Positions 47,853 to 57,371 of a DNA stretch of 64,000 nt are shown here, piece after piece. The first letter of the stretch is position 1. Every line of letters begins with the position of its first letter. Both the position numbers and the translations under genes were made by a program. Source of the DNA: an uncultured Thermoleophilia bacterium (lineage in GTDB: Bacteria > Actinomycetota > Thermoleophilia > UBA2241); assembly GCA_963702475.1 (NCBI GenBank), contig CAVPCT010000006.1, positions 96,001 to 160,000 on the forward strand. The letters run 5' to 3'. Below the pieces are notes generated by a model that ran no database searches, was not told the DNA's origin, and worked only from the letters and a program-made list of their open reading frames with translations.

Positions 47853-49615
47853 ACGGGCGCCACCGGCGGCTTCTCGAAGTGCTCGACGTCGAGGTGCTTG
47901 TAGCGCTCGAGGAAGCGCCTGGGGAAGTCGAGCGCGTCGCGCCGGAAGGGCTCGGCGAGCTCCTCCGGGTCGACCATGACCTCGACCACCGATGGCCGGC
48001 CGGAGGCGATGGCGCCGGCGTAGGCCTCGCGCAGGTCGCCCGGGTCGGTGACGCGGATGCCGTTGGCGCCCATGGCCTGCGCGATGGCGGCGAAGTCGAA
48101 GCCGCCCACGCCGTGGCCGATGTTGCCGCCCACGTAGCGGTCGTCGTAGAAGTCGATCTGGTTCTTCTTCTCCGCGCCCCACTGCTGGTTGTTGAAGACG
48201 CAGGCCACCACCGGCAGGTCTTCCTCGACGGCCGTCATGACCTCGTAGAAGCTCATGCCCCAGGCGCCGTCGCCCACGACCGCGATGACCGGCCGGTCCG
48301 GGGCCGCGACTTTGGCGCCGAGCGCGGCCGGATACGCAAAACCGCAGTTGCCGAAGCCGAGCGCCGGCAGGTACGAGCGCGGCTGCTCGAAGTGAACGTA
48401 GGCGTTGGCGGTGGAGCAGATGTTGCCGATGTCGCTGGTGACGATGGTGTTCTTCGGGAGCGCCGCGGTGAGTTCCTTGAGGGCGCGGCGCGGGCTGATG
48501 GGCGTGGCGTCCGAGGAGGACATGGCGTCCAGTTCGTCGGCCCAGGCCTTCTTGGCTTCCAGGATCGCGGCGAGGCTGGCCGGGTCCGGCTCGCGCACGC
48601 CGCCCTGCTTCGCGATGAGCCTGTCGGCGATCGCGGCCGCAGCGGCTTTGGCGTCGCCGATGATGCCGACCTCGATCGGCTTGATGCGTCCGATCTGGAA
48701 CGGGTCGACGTCGACCTGCACGATCTGCGCGTCCTTGGGCCAGTAGTCCATGCCCCACTGCGGCAGCGTGCCGAAGCCGCTGAGGCGGGTGCCCACGGCG
48801 AAGATCACGTCCGCCTGCGAGATGAGCCGCATGGCGGCCTTGGAGCCCTGGTAGCCGATCGGCCCGACGGCGAGCTCGTCGCTGCTCGGGAACGCGTCGG
48901 TGTGCATGTAGGTCGTGACGACCGGGGCGCCGAGCTGGCGCGCCACGCGGCGCACCTCATCGGCGCCGGCACAGTCGGTCACACCCGAGCCGGCGAGCAC
49001 GACGGGGTGCTGGGCTGAGGCGAGGAGGTCGGCGGCGCGGTCGAGCGACGCCGGGTCGCCGGCGCCGTATGACGCCGCGCGGTAGTTCTTCGGGTCGAGC
49101 AGCGTGGTGTCGATCTCCGCGTAGAGGTAGTCACGCGGAACATCCACTTGCACGGGACCGTGCTCGGCCAGAGCCACCCTGAAGGCGGTGCGGAACGACT
49201 CGGCGATGCGGTCGGCGCGCGGCACCTGAACCTGATACTTCGTGATGGTGCGGAAGATGGGCAGCTGGTCGGCCTCCTGGAAGCCGTCCTTACCGCGGTC
49301 GCTGGACATCACGGACGGGGTCACCAGGACGAGCGGGGTGTGGGCGTGCCACGCTGCGGCCACGGCGGTGACCATGTTGGTGATGCCGGGACCGTTCTGG
49401 CCGATGCAGATGGTCGGCCGCCCGGTCACACGCGCGAAGCCGTCGGCCATGTGGGCGGCCGACTGCTCGTGCCGTACGGGGAAGAAGCGGATGCCGGCCG
49501 CCGGGAAGAGGTCAAGCGCGTCCATGAACGCAGACCCCACGATGCCGAACGCTTCCTGCACGCCCTCCAGCCGGAGGGTCTCGACCATTGCTTCACTCGC
49601 GCTCATGTGTGTCAC
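47849..49615 (-). CDS. xsc: Sulfoacetaldehyde acetyltransferase (ThDP)
   Basis: SEA.VETL, GIVGSAFMDALDLFP.AGIRF, GDGAWGMS, QWGAEKKNQ.DFY, EPFRRDAL. Confidence 0.93.
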   Translation of the reverse strand: MTHMSASEAMVETLRLEGVQEAFGIVGSAFMDALDLFPAAGIRFFPVRHEQSAAHMADGFARVTGRPTICIGQNGPGITNMVTAVAAAWHAHTPLVLVTPSVMSSDRGKDGFQEADQLPIFRTITKYQVQVPRADRIAESFRTAFRVALAEHGPVQVDVPRDYLYAEIDTTLLDPKNYRAASYGAGDPASLDRAADLLASAQHPVVLAGSGVTDCAGADEVRRVARQLGAPVVTTYMHTDAFPSSDELAVGPIGYQGSKAAMRLISQADVIFAVGTRLSGFGTLPQWGMDYWPKDAQIVQVDVDPFQIGRIKPIEVGIIGDAKAAAAAIADRLIAKQGGVREPDPASLAAILEAKKAWADELDAMSSSDATPISPRRALKELTAALPKNTIVTSDIGNICSTANAYVHFEQPRSYLPALGFGNCGFAYPAALGAKVAAPDRPVIAVVGDGAWGMSFYEVMTAVEEDLPVVACVFNNQQWGAEKKNQIDFYDDRYVGGNIGHGVGGFDFAAIAQAMGANGIRVTDPGDLREAYAGAIASGRPSVVEVMVDPEELAEPFRRDALDFPRRFLERYKHLDVEHFEKPPVAPV

Positions 49616-49734
49616 GCTGCATCACTCCTGTCATCCGTCGGCCGCCGGCGCTGTCGCGCCCGCGGCCCGGTTGCCTCGTCTGGTGGTCTGGTGGGGCGGC
49701 TCACTTGCGGCCGCCCCCCGGTCTCCGTGTCAGT

Positions 49735-50613
49735 CTAGGACGTCGCGCCGATCTTCGCGCCGATCTCGGCGCGGTACTCCGTGAACTCAGGCATGAGCAG
49801 CGCCTCGCTCACGGTCTCCACCTGCCTCGGCAGCCTGACGGGCTCGTCGTACACCACGTGGCCGGGGCGGGGGCTCAGTACCACGACGCGGGTACTGAGG
49901 AACACGGCCTCCTGCACGCTGTGGGTCACGAACACGATGGTCTTGCCGGTGGCTTCCCAGATGATCTTGAGCTCCCCCTGCAGGCGTTCCCGGGTGAGGG
50001 CGTCGAGCGCCCCGAACGGCTCGTCCATAAGGATGATGGCTGGGTCGTTGGCGAGGGACCGGGCGATGGCGCAGCGTTGCTGCATGCCGCCTGAGAGCTC
50101 GTACGGGCGCTGCTCGGCCACGTCGGCCAGGCCCACCATCTCGAGGTAGTGGGACGCGATGTGGTGCCGCTTCTCTCTGGCCACGTGGGCCATACGCGGC
50201 CCGATCTCGACGTTGCCGCGTACCGTGAGCCACGGGAACAGGGTCGGCGCCTGGAAGACCATCCCCCGGTCCGACCCGGGGCCCACGACCGGCACCCCGT
50301 CGATCTCCACGCTGCCCTGCGTCGGCGTGAAGAACCCGCCGATGAGCTTGAGCAGGGTGGTCTTGCCGCAGCCGGACGAGCCGACGAGGCAGACGAACTC
50401 GCCCGGCTCTATGGTGAGGTCGACGCCGGCCAGCGCCGGCGTCGACCTCTTGTCCTTGCCGAAGATGTGCGTCACACCCCGGACGTCGATGCGTTCGGGG
50501 TGTGACAGCGATTCATGGGGGAGGCCGGCCCCCCCGCGCTCGGAAGCGGGGGGGCCGGCGGCGTCGCGAGGGGCTTCAGGGGTGGCGCCCTCTGGAGAAG
50601 CGGCGTCCGTCAC
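49735..50613 (-). CDS. tauB: Taurine/sulfonate ABC transporter ATPase
   Basis: GSSGCGKTT, ELSGGMQQR, MDEPFGALDALTRE. Confidence 0.85.
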   Translation of the reverse strand: MTDAASPEGATPEAPRDAAGPPASERGGAGLPHESLSHPERIDVRGVTHIFGKDKRSTPALAGVDLTIEPGEFVCLVGSSGCGKTTLLKLIGGFFTPTQGSVEIDGVPVVGPGSDRGMVFQAPTLFPWLTVRGNVEIGPRMAHVAREKRHHIASHYLEMVGLADVAEQRPYELSGGMQQRCAIARSLANDPAIILMDEPFGALDALTRERLQGELKIIWEATGKTIVFVTHSVQEAVFLSTRVVVLSPRPGHVVYDEPVRLPRQVETVSEALLMPEFTEYRAEIGAKIGATS

Positions 50614-51713
50614 TGGGCCGCCGCGACGAACTGGTTGGCGAGGTCCGCCTGGAAGGTGGTGAGCGGCGGGACGGTCTCGACACTGCCCTGGCTCTTGAGG
50701 AACTCAGCCGCGGCCAGGAGGTTGTCGGCCAGCTTGCCGGGCGCATCGGGCGTGCCCAGGTAATCGGCCCCTGCCTGCTCGCTTGAGTCGAGGAAGATGA
50801 GGTCCTTCATCTGCGCGAGCGCCTCGTCGGCGCTGATGTTGAGCTGGCGCCCCACAGCCTCGCCCGCGGCCTGCGGATCGCTGCGGTACAGCTCCACGGC
50901 CTTGTTCTGCTGGTCGACCCACGTCTGCACGGCGTCAGGATACTGGTCGGCGAACTCGTTCGTCACGATGGCCAGGTCGGCAGTCAGCTTGCCCTGCTCC
51001 GCGAGCTCCGCGCTGGTGATGAGGACCGTGCCGTCCTTTTTGAGATCGGCGAGCGTCGGGTTCCACACGTAGGCGGCGTCGATGTCGCCACGCTGCCAGG
51101 CGGCGAGGATGTCCGGCGGCTGCAGGTCGATGAGCTTCACGGAGGTGGGGTCGACGCCGTTGAGCTCCATGGCGGCCAGCAGGCTGTAGTGAGCGGTGGA
51201 GCCGAAGGGGGTGCCGACCTTCTTGCCGGAGAGGCCCGCGATGTCGGCGACGCCGGCGCTGTTCTTGACGACGAGCGACTCGGCGGCGCCGATGACGTCG
51301 TGGATCCACGGCACCTTGTACGCGATGTTCATGGGCTCGCTGAGGCCGGCGGCCACCGGGCTGCTGCCGGCCAGGCCGATGTCGACGCTGCCGCCGATGA
51401 CGGCCGTGTTGACGTCGGCGCCGGAATCGAACTTGATCCACGTGATCTCGGTGTCGGGCAGGGCGGCCTCGAGCCAGCCCTGGTCCTTCACGATGAGGTC
51501 GCCGTTGGGGATGAGCTGGTAGGCGATGCGGAGCTCGCTGGGGGCGGAGCTGCCGCCCGCGGCGGGGCTGGCGGAGGACTCGGACTCCGACGAGCTCGAG
51601 CCGCAGGCGATGAACAGGCCGGCGAGGGCGATGCACGCGAGCGCGGCGAGCACCGAGAACCCAAGCGCGTGACGGCGTTTCGCACCGCCGGTCCTACCTT
51701 CGAACTGCTTCAC
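50610..51713 (-). CDS. tauA: Taurine ABC transporter substrate-binding lipoprotein
   Basis: FIAC lipobox; W.KFDSGADV, GSSP, PFGSTAHYSL, AAWQRGDIDAAYVW. Confidence 0.88.
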   Translation of the reverse strand: MKQFEGRTGGAKRRHALGFSVLAALACIALAGLFIACGSSSSESESSASPAAGGSSAPSELRIAYQLIPNGDLIVKDQGWLEAALPDTEITWIKFDSGADVNTAVIGGSVDIGLAGSSPVAAGLSEPMNIAYKVPWIHDVIGAAESLVVKNSAGVADIAGLSGKKVGTPFGSTAHYSLLAAMELNGVDPTSVKLIDLQPPDILAAWQRGDIDAAYVWNPTLADLKKDGTVLITSAELAEQGKLTADLAIVTNEFADQYPDAVQTWVDQQNKAVELYRSDPQAAGEAVGRQLNISADEALAQMKDLIFLDSSEQAGADYLGTPDAPGKLADNLLAAAEFLKSQGSVETVPPLTTFQADLANQFVAAAQ

Positions 51714-51774
51714 TTTCCTTCTCCCTTCATTGTGGCGAGCGCCCTCTCGGGGTTCCCCGCACGAATCCAAAGAA

Positions 51775-51853
51775 AGTCAATCAACTTGACTGCAAGGCGA
51801 TTTCTGGCATTATGCATAAGCGGCATCGCCGCTGCAAATAAGAATTACTTATT
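51775..51853. promoter_or_regulatory. Divergent tauA/tauC promoter with palindromic sites
   Basis: AGTCAA-N5-TTGACT (51775-91), TTATGCATAA (51810-19), AATAAG-N5-CTTATT (51837-53); TTGACT-16-CATTAT with extended TG. Confidence 0.55.
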
Positions 51854-51887
51854 CATACCGATAGTCATATTGGCAGGGAGGTAGCGC

Positions 51888-52793
51888 ATGACGCCGTCGA
51901 GCGGGGAGGATCGCCTGGCTGTCCAGTTGGCGGCTCCCGGGGCGATGTCGCCCGGCGAGTTCGACCACGAGGTGCACGCGCATGTGAAAGGGGCGGGCTT
52001 CTGGTCGTGGACCCGCTGGCGCGGCCCTGTGCTGCACGTCGCCGTCATCGTCGTGCTGCTGGCGATCTGGCAGCTGGTCTTCTCCCTCAAGATCTGGGAC
52101 CCCGTCTTCGTGCCGTCGCCGAGCTCGGTGTGGGATGCGGCCGTCGAAGCTTCGACCGTGCACGACGGCGCCAAGGGGTACAGCGGCGTGTTCCTGTACG
52201 AGCACCTGTGGGCCAGCATGCGCCGCATCCTGATCGCCTCGGCGTTCGCCATCGTCGTGGGCGTGCCGCTGGGGTTGCTTCTGGGCACCAGCAGGTGGAG
52301 TCGCACGCTCCTGGAGCCGGGCGTCACGTTCGTGCGCGCCCTGCCCCCCCTGGCCTACTTCAGCCTGCTCGTCATCTGGTTCGGCATCGATGAGACGCCC
52401 AAGGTCATCCTGCTCATGCTCGCGGCCCTGCCACCGATCGTGCTCGCCACCAGTGACGCCGTGCGCAGCGTGTCGCAGGACCGCCTGCTGGCGTTGCAGA
52501 CCCTGGGGGCCTCGCGCTTCCAGGTCATCAGGCACGGCGTGTTCCCGTCGGTGCTGCCGGAGATCATGACCGGCATCCGCGTCGCGGTGCTGTTCGCGTT
52601 CACCACCATGGTCGCGGCCGAGACGATCAACGGCCTGCCCGGCATCGGCGGCCTGGTGCGCGACGCGCAGCGCTTCAACCAGACCGACATCGTGATGATG
52701 GGGATCATCCTCATCGGCATCTGCGGCATCGCCATCGACCTCATCGTCCAACTGATCGACAAGGCCGTGGTGCCGTGGCGGGCGGAGCTGTAA
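51888..52793 (+). CDS. tauC: Taurine/sulfonate ABC transporter permease
   Basis: PSP, R.LPPLAY..L.VIWFGIDE, LGASR.QV, VAAE, VVPW. Confidence 0.88.
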   Translation: MTPSSGEDRLAVQLAAPGAMSPGEFDHEVHAHVKGAGFWSWTRWRGPVLHVAVIVVLLAIWQLVFSLKIWDPVFVPSPSSVWDAAVEASTVHDGAKGYSGVFLYEHLWASMRRILIASAFAIVVGVPLGLLLGTSRWSRTLLEPGVTFVRALPPLAYFSLLVIWFGIDETPKVILLMLAALPPIVLATSDAVRSVSQDRLLALQTLGASRFQVIRHGVFPSVLPEIMTGIRVAVLFAFTTMVAAETINGLPGIGGLVRDAQRFNQTDIVMMGIILIGICGIAIDLIVQLIDKAVVPWRAEL

Positions 52794-52801
52794 GAGCGTG
52801 A

Positions 52802-52846
52802 CGGGCGCTTGAGGCGGCGGGCCATGCCCGCCGCCTCAAGCGCCCG
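52802..52846. terminator. Perfect 21-bp stem hairpin between convergent genes
   Basis: cgggcgcttgaggcggcgggc-cat-gcccgccgcctcaagcgcccg. Confidence 0.7.
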
Positions 52847-52895
52847 GTCTCGTCCGGCCGATCTGCGGCCCGGCGCGTCGCTCGCAGGTGCCGGC

Positions 52896-54236
52896 TCAGA
52901 CCGTGGCAAGCACCTCGGCCAGCGACTCCTCGGTCGCCTGCAGGAGCTGGTCGGCGTCGTCCGCCGTCACACACAGCGGCGGGTTGATCTTCAGCACGTT
53001 GTGTTCGCGGCCGCACATGCCGACCACGAAGCCGCGGCCGAGCAGCGCGAGCTGGACGGCTTCGGCGGTCTTCGCGTCTGCCGCTCGCAAGCCTGCATCC
53101 CTCACGACCTCGGCGCCGATGAGCAGGCCGCGGCCGCGCACGTCGCCGAGCTGCGGGTAGCGGGCCTGCAGCTCGCGCAGGCCGGCGAGGATCCGCCCGC
53201 CCACGCGCTGCGCGTTGGCCTGCAGGCCCTCCTCGTCGATGGCGCGCAGCACGGCGCGGCCGGCGGCGCAGCTCATCGGGTTCGATCCGTAGGTGTTGAA
53301 GAACATGCGCGAGGCCATGCCCTCGGCCACCTCGCGGCGGGCCATCACGGCCGCGATCGGGAACCCGTTGCCGATACCCTTGGACACGACGATGACGTCG
53401 GGTACCACGTCGTGCGCCTCGAAGCCCCAGAAGTGGTCGCCCGTGCGCGCGAAGCCGGCCTGCACCTCGTCCACGATCAGCAGGCCGCCGGCCGCGCGCA
53501 CCTGCTCGGCCGCGCCCTTCAGCCATCCCGGCGGCATCTCGACGATGCCGCCGTACCCCTGGATGGGCTCGGCGATGAGGCCGGCCACGGCGCCGCAGGT
53601 GTTGGTGTGCAGCACGCGCTCGAGCTCCTGAAGGTAGGGCGCGGCCTCCGCGCCGAACGGGCCGCGGTAGGGGTGCGGCGCCATGACCTGCACGTAGCCT
53701 GGGGCAGGCGGCACGAGCTGCCGCGCCTGCCCGATGCCCGTCGCCGTCTGGGCGCCGTAGTGCATGCCGTGGTAAGCGTCGCGCAGCGTGAGGACCTCGT
53801 AGTGCTGGGTGGCGGCGCGGGCGATGAGCACCGCGAGGTCCACGGCCTCCGCGCCGCTGTTGACGAAGTGCACGACCCAGTCCTCGCCCTCCGGCAGCCG
53901 GGCGACGAGTTCCTCCGCGAAGTGGCCTGGCTGCGGGTGGTGGTACGCCGTGGTGACGTGCGGGATCTCCTCCATCTGCGCCCGCACCGCCGCCAGCACG
54001 CCCGGGTGCGCATGGCCGACGCTGATGCACACGTTCTGCGCCATGCAGTCGAGGTAGCGCTTGCCGGCGTTGTCCCACACGTACTGTCTGCGCCCGCGCT
54101 GCCACACGATGGGGTCGTCGTAGGCGATGAACGTGCCGAGTGCGGGGGCCATGAAGTGCCGCCGCCGCTCGGCGATGGCCTCCGTGTCCCAGTCGAGCGG
54201 GAGCGGGTTCGTGGCGGCGGTGGCGTCGGGGTCCAT
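52896..54236 (-). CDS. Class III aminotransferase (alanine-glyoxylate aminotransferase 2-like)
   Basis: YLD...ISVGHAHP, VNSGAEA.DLA, EPIQGYGG, DEVQ.GF.RTG.HFWGF, KGIGNGFP, FNTYG.NP. Confidence 0.88.
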   Translation of the reverse strand: MDPDATAATNPLPLDWDTEAIAERRRHFMAPALGTFIAYDDPIVWQRGRRQYVWDNAGKRYLDCMAQNVCISVGHAHPGVLAAVRAQMEEIPHVTTAYHHPQPGHFAEELVARLPEGEDWVVHFVNSGAEAVDLAVLIARAATQHYEVLTLRDAYHGMHYGAQTATGIGQARQLVPPAPGYVQVMAPHPYRGPFGAEAAPYLQELERVLHTNTCGAVAGLIAEPIQGYGGIVEMPPGWLKGAAEQVRAAGGLLIVDEVQAGFARTGDHFWGFEAHDVVPDVIVVSKGIGNGFPIAAVMARREVAEGMASRMFFNTYGSNPMSCAAGRAVLRAIDEEGLQANAQRVGGRILAGLRELQARYPQLGDVRGRGLLIGAEVVRDAGLRAADAKTAEAVQLALLGRGFVVGMCGREHNVLKINPPLCVTADDADQLLQATEESLAEVLATV

Positions 54237-54340
54237 GCTGCTTCCTCTCTCCGCGTGGGCTGACGGGGCGGCTGCGGGCGACAAGTCTACAGCCGCCGGC
54301 GGTCTCAGCCGGGCGCGGCCGGCCGTGCTCCGCGACTGAG

Positions 54341-54829
54341 TCAGTCCGGCGGCGACAACTGCTTGCGCAGGTACACGCGCGGCAGGCCGTGCTCCACCCG
54401 CCGCGCGTACTCCACGTAGCCGATGCGTTCGTACAGGGCGATGTTCTCCACCATCACTTCCTGTGCGTACAGGTGGATCGAGTCGAAGCCCTGGCGCAGC
54501 GCCTCCTCTTCGGCGAAGGCCAGGAGCGCCCGGCCGAGCCCCTTTCCCTGGTGCTCGGGCGCCACGGCGACGTTGTCGAGCAGGAAGCCTTCGTCGGCGG
54601 GCCCCATGACGATGAGCGCGGCGACCTCGTCGCAGCGCTCGACCACGGTCACCTGCCAGTCCCGGACCACTTCGGCGTAGTCCTGCCGCATCGGCACCGG
54701 GACCAGACCGTTCCGCTCCACGTACTTGGCGTACGCGGAACGGGCGCAGGCGGCCAGGGCGGCGGCGTCCGCCTCCGTGGCCGCCCGGGCCGAGTACTCG
54801 CTCAGACGCTCGGGTAGTCGTGGTGCCAT
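54341..54829 (-). CDS. GNAT N-acetyltransferase
   Basis: NVAV.PEHQGKGLGR.LL, N..LY...GY. Confidence 0.88.
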   Translation of the reverse strand: MAPRLPERLSEYSARAATEADAAALAACARSAYAKYVERNGLVPVPMRQDYAEVVRDWQVTVVERCDEVAALIVMGPADEGFLLDNVAVAPEHQGKGLGRALLAFAEEEALRQGFDSIHLYAQEVMVENIALYERIGYVEYARRVEHGLPRVYLRKQLSPPD

Positions 54830-54883
54830 TCCCTGTCCCTCCGCGGGCTCACCGGGCAAGCATACGCGCTGTACACTCGTCCC

Positions 54884-55702
54884 GTGCTGAACCTCGACGT
54901 CATCGGCGGCCTGCTCGCGGTGGCCTTGCTCGCCGCCGTGCTCCTCGGGCTGTGGCGGCTCGTCGCCGGGCGGCCGCGTGGTCTCGGCCGCAGGCTTCTG
55001 CGCGTGGCCGTCGCCCTTGCGGTGGCCGCCGTCGCGGTGGCCGCCGGCGCATGGTGGGTCATGGACTCGCGCACCTACCAGGTGGCCGGCGAGCTGGTCT
55101 CGAGCGCACCGGCCACCGCGGACAAGACCGTTGCCCTGACCTTCGACGACGGCCCGAGCACGCGGTACGTGGACGAGGTGCTCGCCGACCTCGAGCGCTA
55201 CGACGCCAAGGGCACCTTCTTCATCATCGGCGTCGTCGCCGGCGAACAGCCGCAGGCGCTGCGCCGGCTGGTCTCAGCCGGACACCAGATCGGCAACCAC
55301 ACCTACACGCACCCGCGGCTCGTCGGGGTGTCGGTGGAGCGCGTGGGCGCCGAGGTGGAGCGTACGGACGCCGTCATCCGCGCCGCAGGCTACGAGGGCC
55401 CCATCCTCTTTCGCCCGCCATTCTGCAAGAAGCTGCTCTCGGCGCCGTACTACCTCTGGAGGCACGGGCGCACGTCGGTCACGTGGGACCTCGAGCCGGA
55501 CTCGATGGGGTCGATCGCCGGGGACCCGCGAGCCATGACCCGGTACGTCGCCGCGAACGTGCGCCCCGGCTCCATCATCCTGCTGCACCCCTGGAGCAAG
55601 GACGGTGACGCGTCGCGGCGAGCGCTCCCGCTGATCCTCAAGGCACTCGCCGCGAAGGGCTACAGCTTCGTGACGGTCTCGGCGCTGCTGCGGCAGGGGT
55701 GA
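54884..55702 (+). CDS. Polysaccharide deacetylase (NodB/CE4), membrane-anchored
   Basis: TFDDGP, GNHTYTH, FRPPF, IILLH. Confidence 0.92.
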   Translation: MLNLDVIGGLLAVALLAAVLLGLWRLVAGRPRGLGRRLLRVAVALAVAAVAVAAGAWWVMDSRTYQVAGELVSSAPATADKTVALTFDDGPSTRYVDEVLADLERYDAKGTFFIIGVVAGEQPQALRRLVSAGHQIGNHTYTHPRLVGVSVERVGAEVERTDAVIRAAGYEGPILFRPPFCKKLLSAPYYLWRHGRTSVTWDLEPDSMGSIAGDPRAMTRYVAANVRPGSIILLHPWSKDGDASRRALPLILKALAAKGYSFVTVSALLRQG

Positions 55703-55709
55703 CGGCCGC

Positions 55710-56645
55710 TCAGCCCTCTTCGAGCATCCGCTGCACTGCGCGCAGCGCGGCCTCGCGGATGCGTGGCGCCACCGTGACCTCGTGGTCGAGCACGTCGTCC
55801 CACTCGTCGTCGAGCGTCGCGACGCACTTCTCGAGTGTGGTCCGCTTCATGTTGGGGCACACGGCGTGCGGCGACGCCGGCAGGAACTTCCTGTCCGGGT
55901 AGAGGATGCCGAGCCGGTACAGCAGCCCGGTCTCGGTGGCGACGATGAACGTCTTCGCGGCGCTCGTGCCCGGGTAGCGCAGCATGCCGGACGTGCTCGT
56001 GACCACATCGGCGATCTCGAGCACCTCTCGCCGGCTCTCCGGATGCGCCATGAGCACCGCGTCAGGGTTCTCGGCCTGGATGCGGCGGATCTCGGCGGCG
56101 CGGAAGTCGTCGTGCACGTGGCACCAGCCCTGCCACAGGATCATGGTCTGCTCGCGCCCGGTCTGCTGCGCCACGTAGTCTCCCAGGTTCCTGTCGGGCA
56201 CGAAGATGATCTTCTGGTCCCTGGGGAACCGCTCGACGATCTGCACGGCATTGGCGCTGGTGCAGCACACGTCGGTCTCGGCCTTGATGTCGGCCGAGGT
56301 ATTGACGTAGGCGACCACCACGGCGTCGGGGTGCTGCTTCTTGAGGTCGCGAAGGCCATGCACCGTGACCATGTCGGCCATGGGGCAGCCGGCACGCTTG
56401 TCGGGCATGAGCACGGTCTTGTGCGGCGAGAGGATGTAGGCCGTCTCGGCCATGAAGTGCACGCCACAGAACAGGATGACGCTGCGCGGGTCCTTGGCGG
56501 CGATGCGCGAGAGCTCGAGGGAGTCGCCGGTGTAGTCAGCCGCGTCCTGGACGTCGGGACGCTGGTAGTTGTGCGCGAGGATGACGGCGTCGCGTTCCTC
56601 GGCCAGGCGGCGGAGCCGCCGCTGGAGCTCGTTCAGTTCAGCCAT
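55710..56645 (-). CDS. nadA: Quinolinate synthase
   Basis: ILAHNYQ, GDSLEL, FCGVHFMAET, AGCPMA, YVNTSA, C.VH, HPE, CPNMK. Confidence 0.96.
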   Translation of the reverse strand: MAELNELQRRLRRLAEERDAVILAHNYQRPDVQDAADYTGDSLELSRIAAKDPRSVILFCGVHFMAETAYILSPHKTVLMPDKRAGCPMADMVTVHGLRDLKKQHPDAVVVAYVNTSADIKAETDVCCTSANAVQIVERFPRDQKIIFVPDRNLGDYVAQQTGREQTMILWQGWCHVHDDFRAAEIRRIQAENPDAVLMAHPESRREVLEIADVVTSTSGMLRYPGTSAAKTFIVATETGLLYRLGILYPDRKFLPASPHAVCPNMKRTTLEKCVATLDDEWDDVLDHEVTVAPRIREAALRAVQRMLEEG

Positions 56646-56762
56646 GGAGAAAGTATACGGCGCGACGCAGGTCGACGTCTTTCTGGCGCCCGACGTGCGA
56701 CAGGGATGCCCGCGGGCGGGTAGAGTACCCCGCGGCCAGTACTCACCACCAAGGAGGGACCT

Positions 56763-57296
56763 ATGCACAGCAGGGGCGCATGGATGGCGCTGTCGATCAT
56801 CACCGGACTCCTCATGGTCGTCCTGGGAGTCCTCTTCCTCGCCTATCCGGGGCTCAGCCTGGCGACTGTGCTGCTGCTGATCGGCATCTTTCTCATCGTA
56901 TACGGCGTCGCGCTCGCGGTCGCCGGCCTCATAGGGCACGCCGAAGGTCGGGGCTGGGCGATCTTCACCGGCATCCTCGGCGTGATCGTCGGCATCGTCG
57001 CGATCGCCTGGCCGGGCATGACGGCGCTGGCGCTGCTGTACATCCTCGGCGCCTGGGCCATCGTCACGGGCATCAGCGACATCGTGAGCGCCTTCGCCAG
57101 CGGCCTCAAAGGCGGCAAGCGCGTGTGGCTCATCATCCTGGGCGTGCTGTCCATCGTGGTCGGCATCGTCTTCTTCGTGTACCCGGTGAGCGGCGCCCTC
57201 GCGATCCTCTGGCTGGTCGGCCTTTACCTGATCGTCTACGGTGTGCTGCGCATCGTGGACGGGTTCACACGGCCGCCGGAGGCAGAGACGGCGTGA
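56763..57296 (+). CDS. HdeD/DUF308 family membrane protein
   Basis: Repeated short TM hairpins with G/P pattern. Confidence 0.85.
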   Translation: MHSRGAWMALSIITGLLMVVLGVLFLAYPGLSLATVLLLIGIFLIVYGVALAVAGLIGHAEGRGWAIFTGILGVIVGIVAIAWPGMTALALLYILGAWAIVTGISDIVSAFASGLKGGKRVWLIILGVLSIVVGIVFFVYPVSGALAILWLVGLYLIVYGVLRIVDGFTRPPEAETA

Positions 57297-57324
57297 CCGA
57301 GCCGGGCCGCACCGCCTGACGGAT

Positions 57325-57368
57325 GGCGACGGCGGCCGGGACCCCGCGGGGTCCCGGCCGCCGTCGCC
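57325..57368. terminator. Perfect 44-bp palindrome between convergent genes
   Basis: ggcgacggcggccgggaccccgcggggtcccggccgccgtcgcc equals its own reverse complement. Confidence 0.7.
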
Positions 57369-57371
57369 GCA

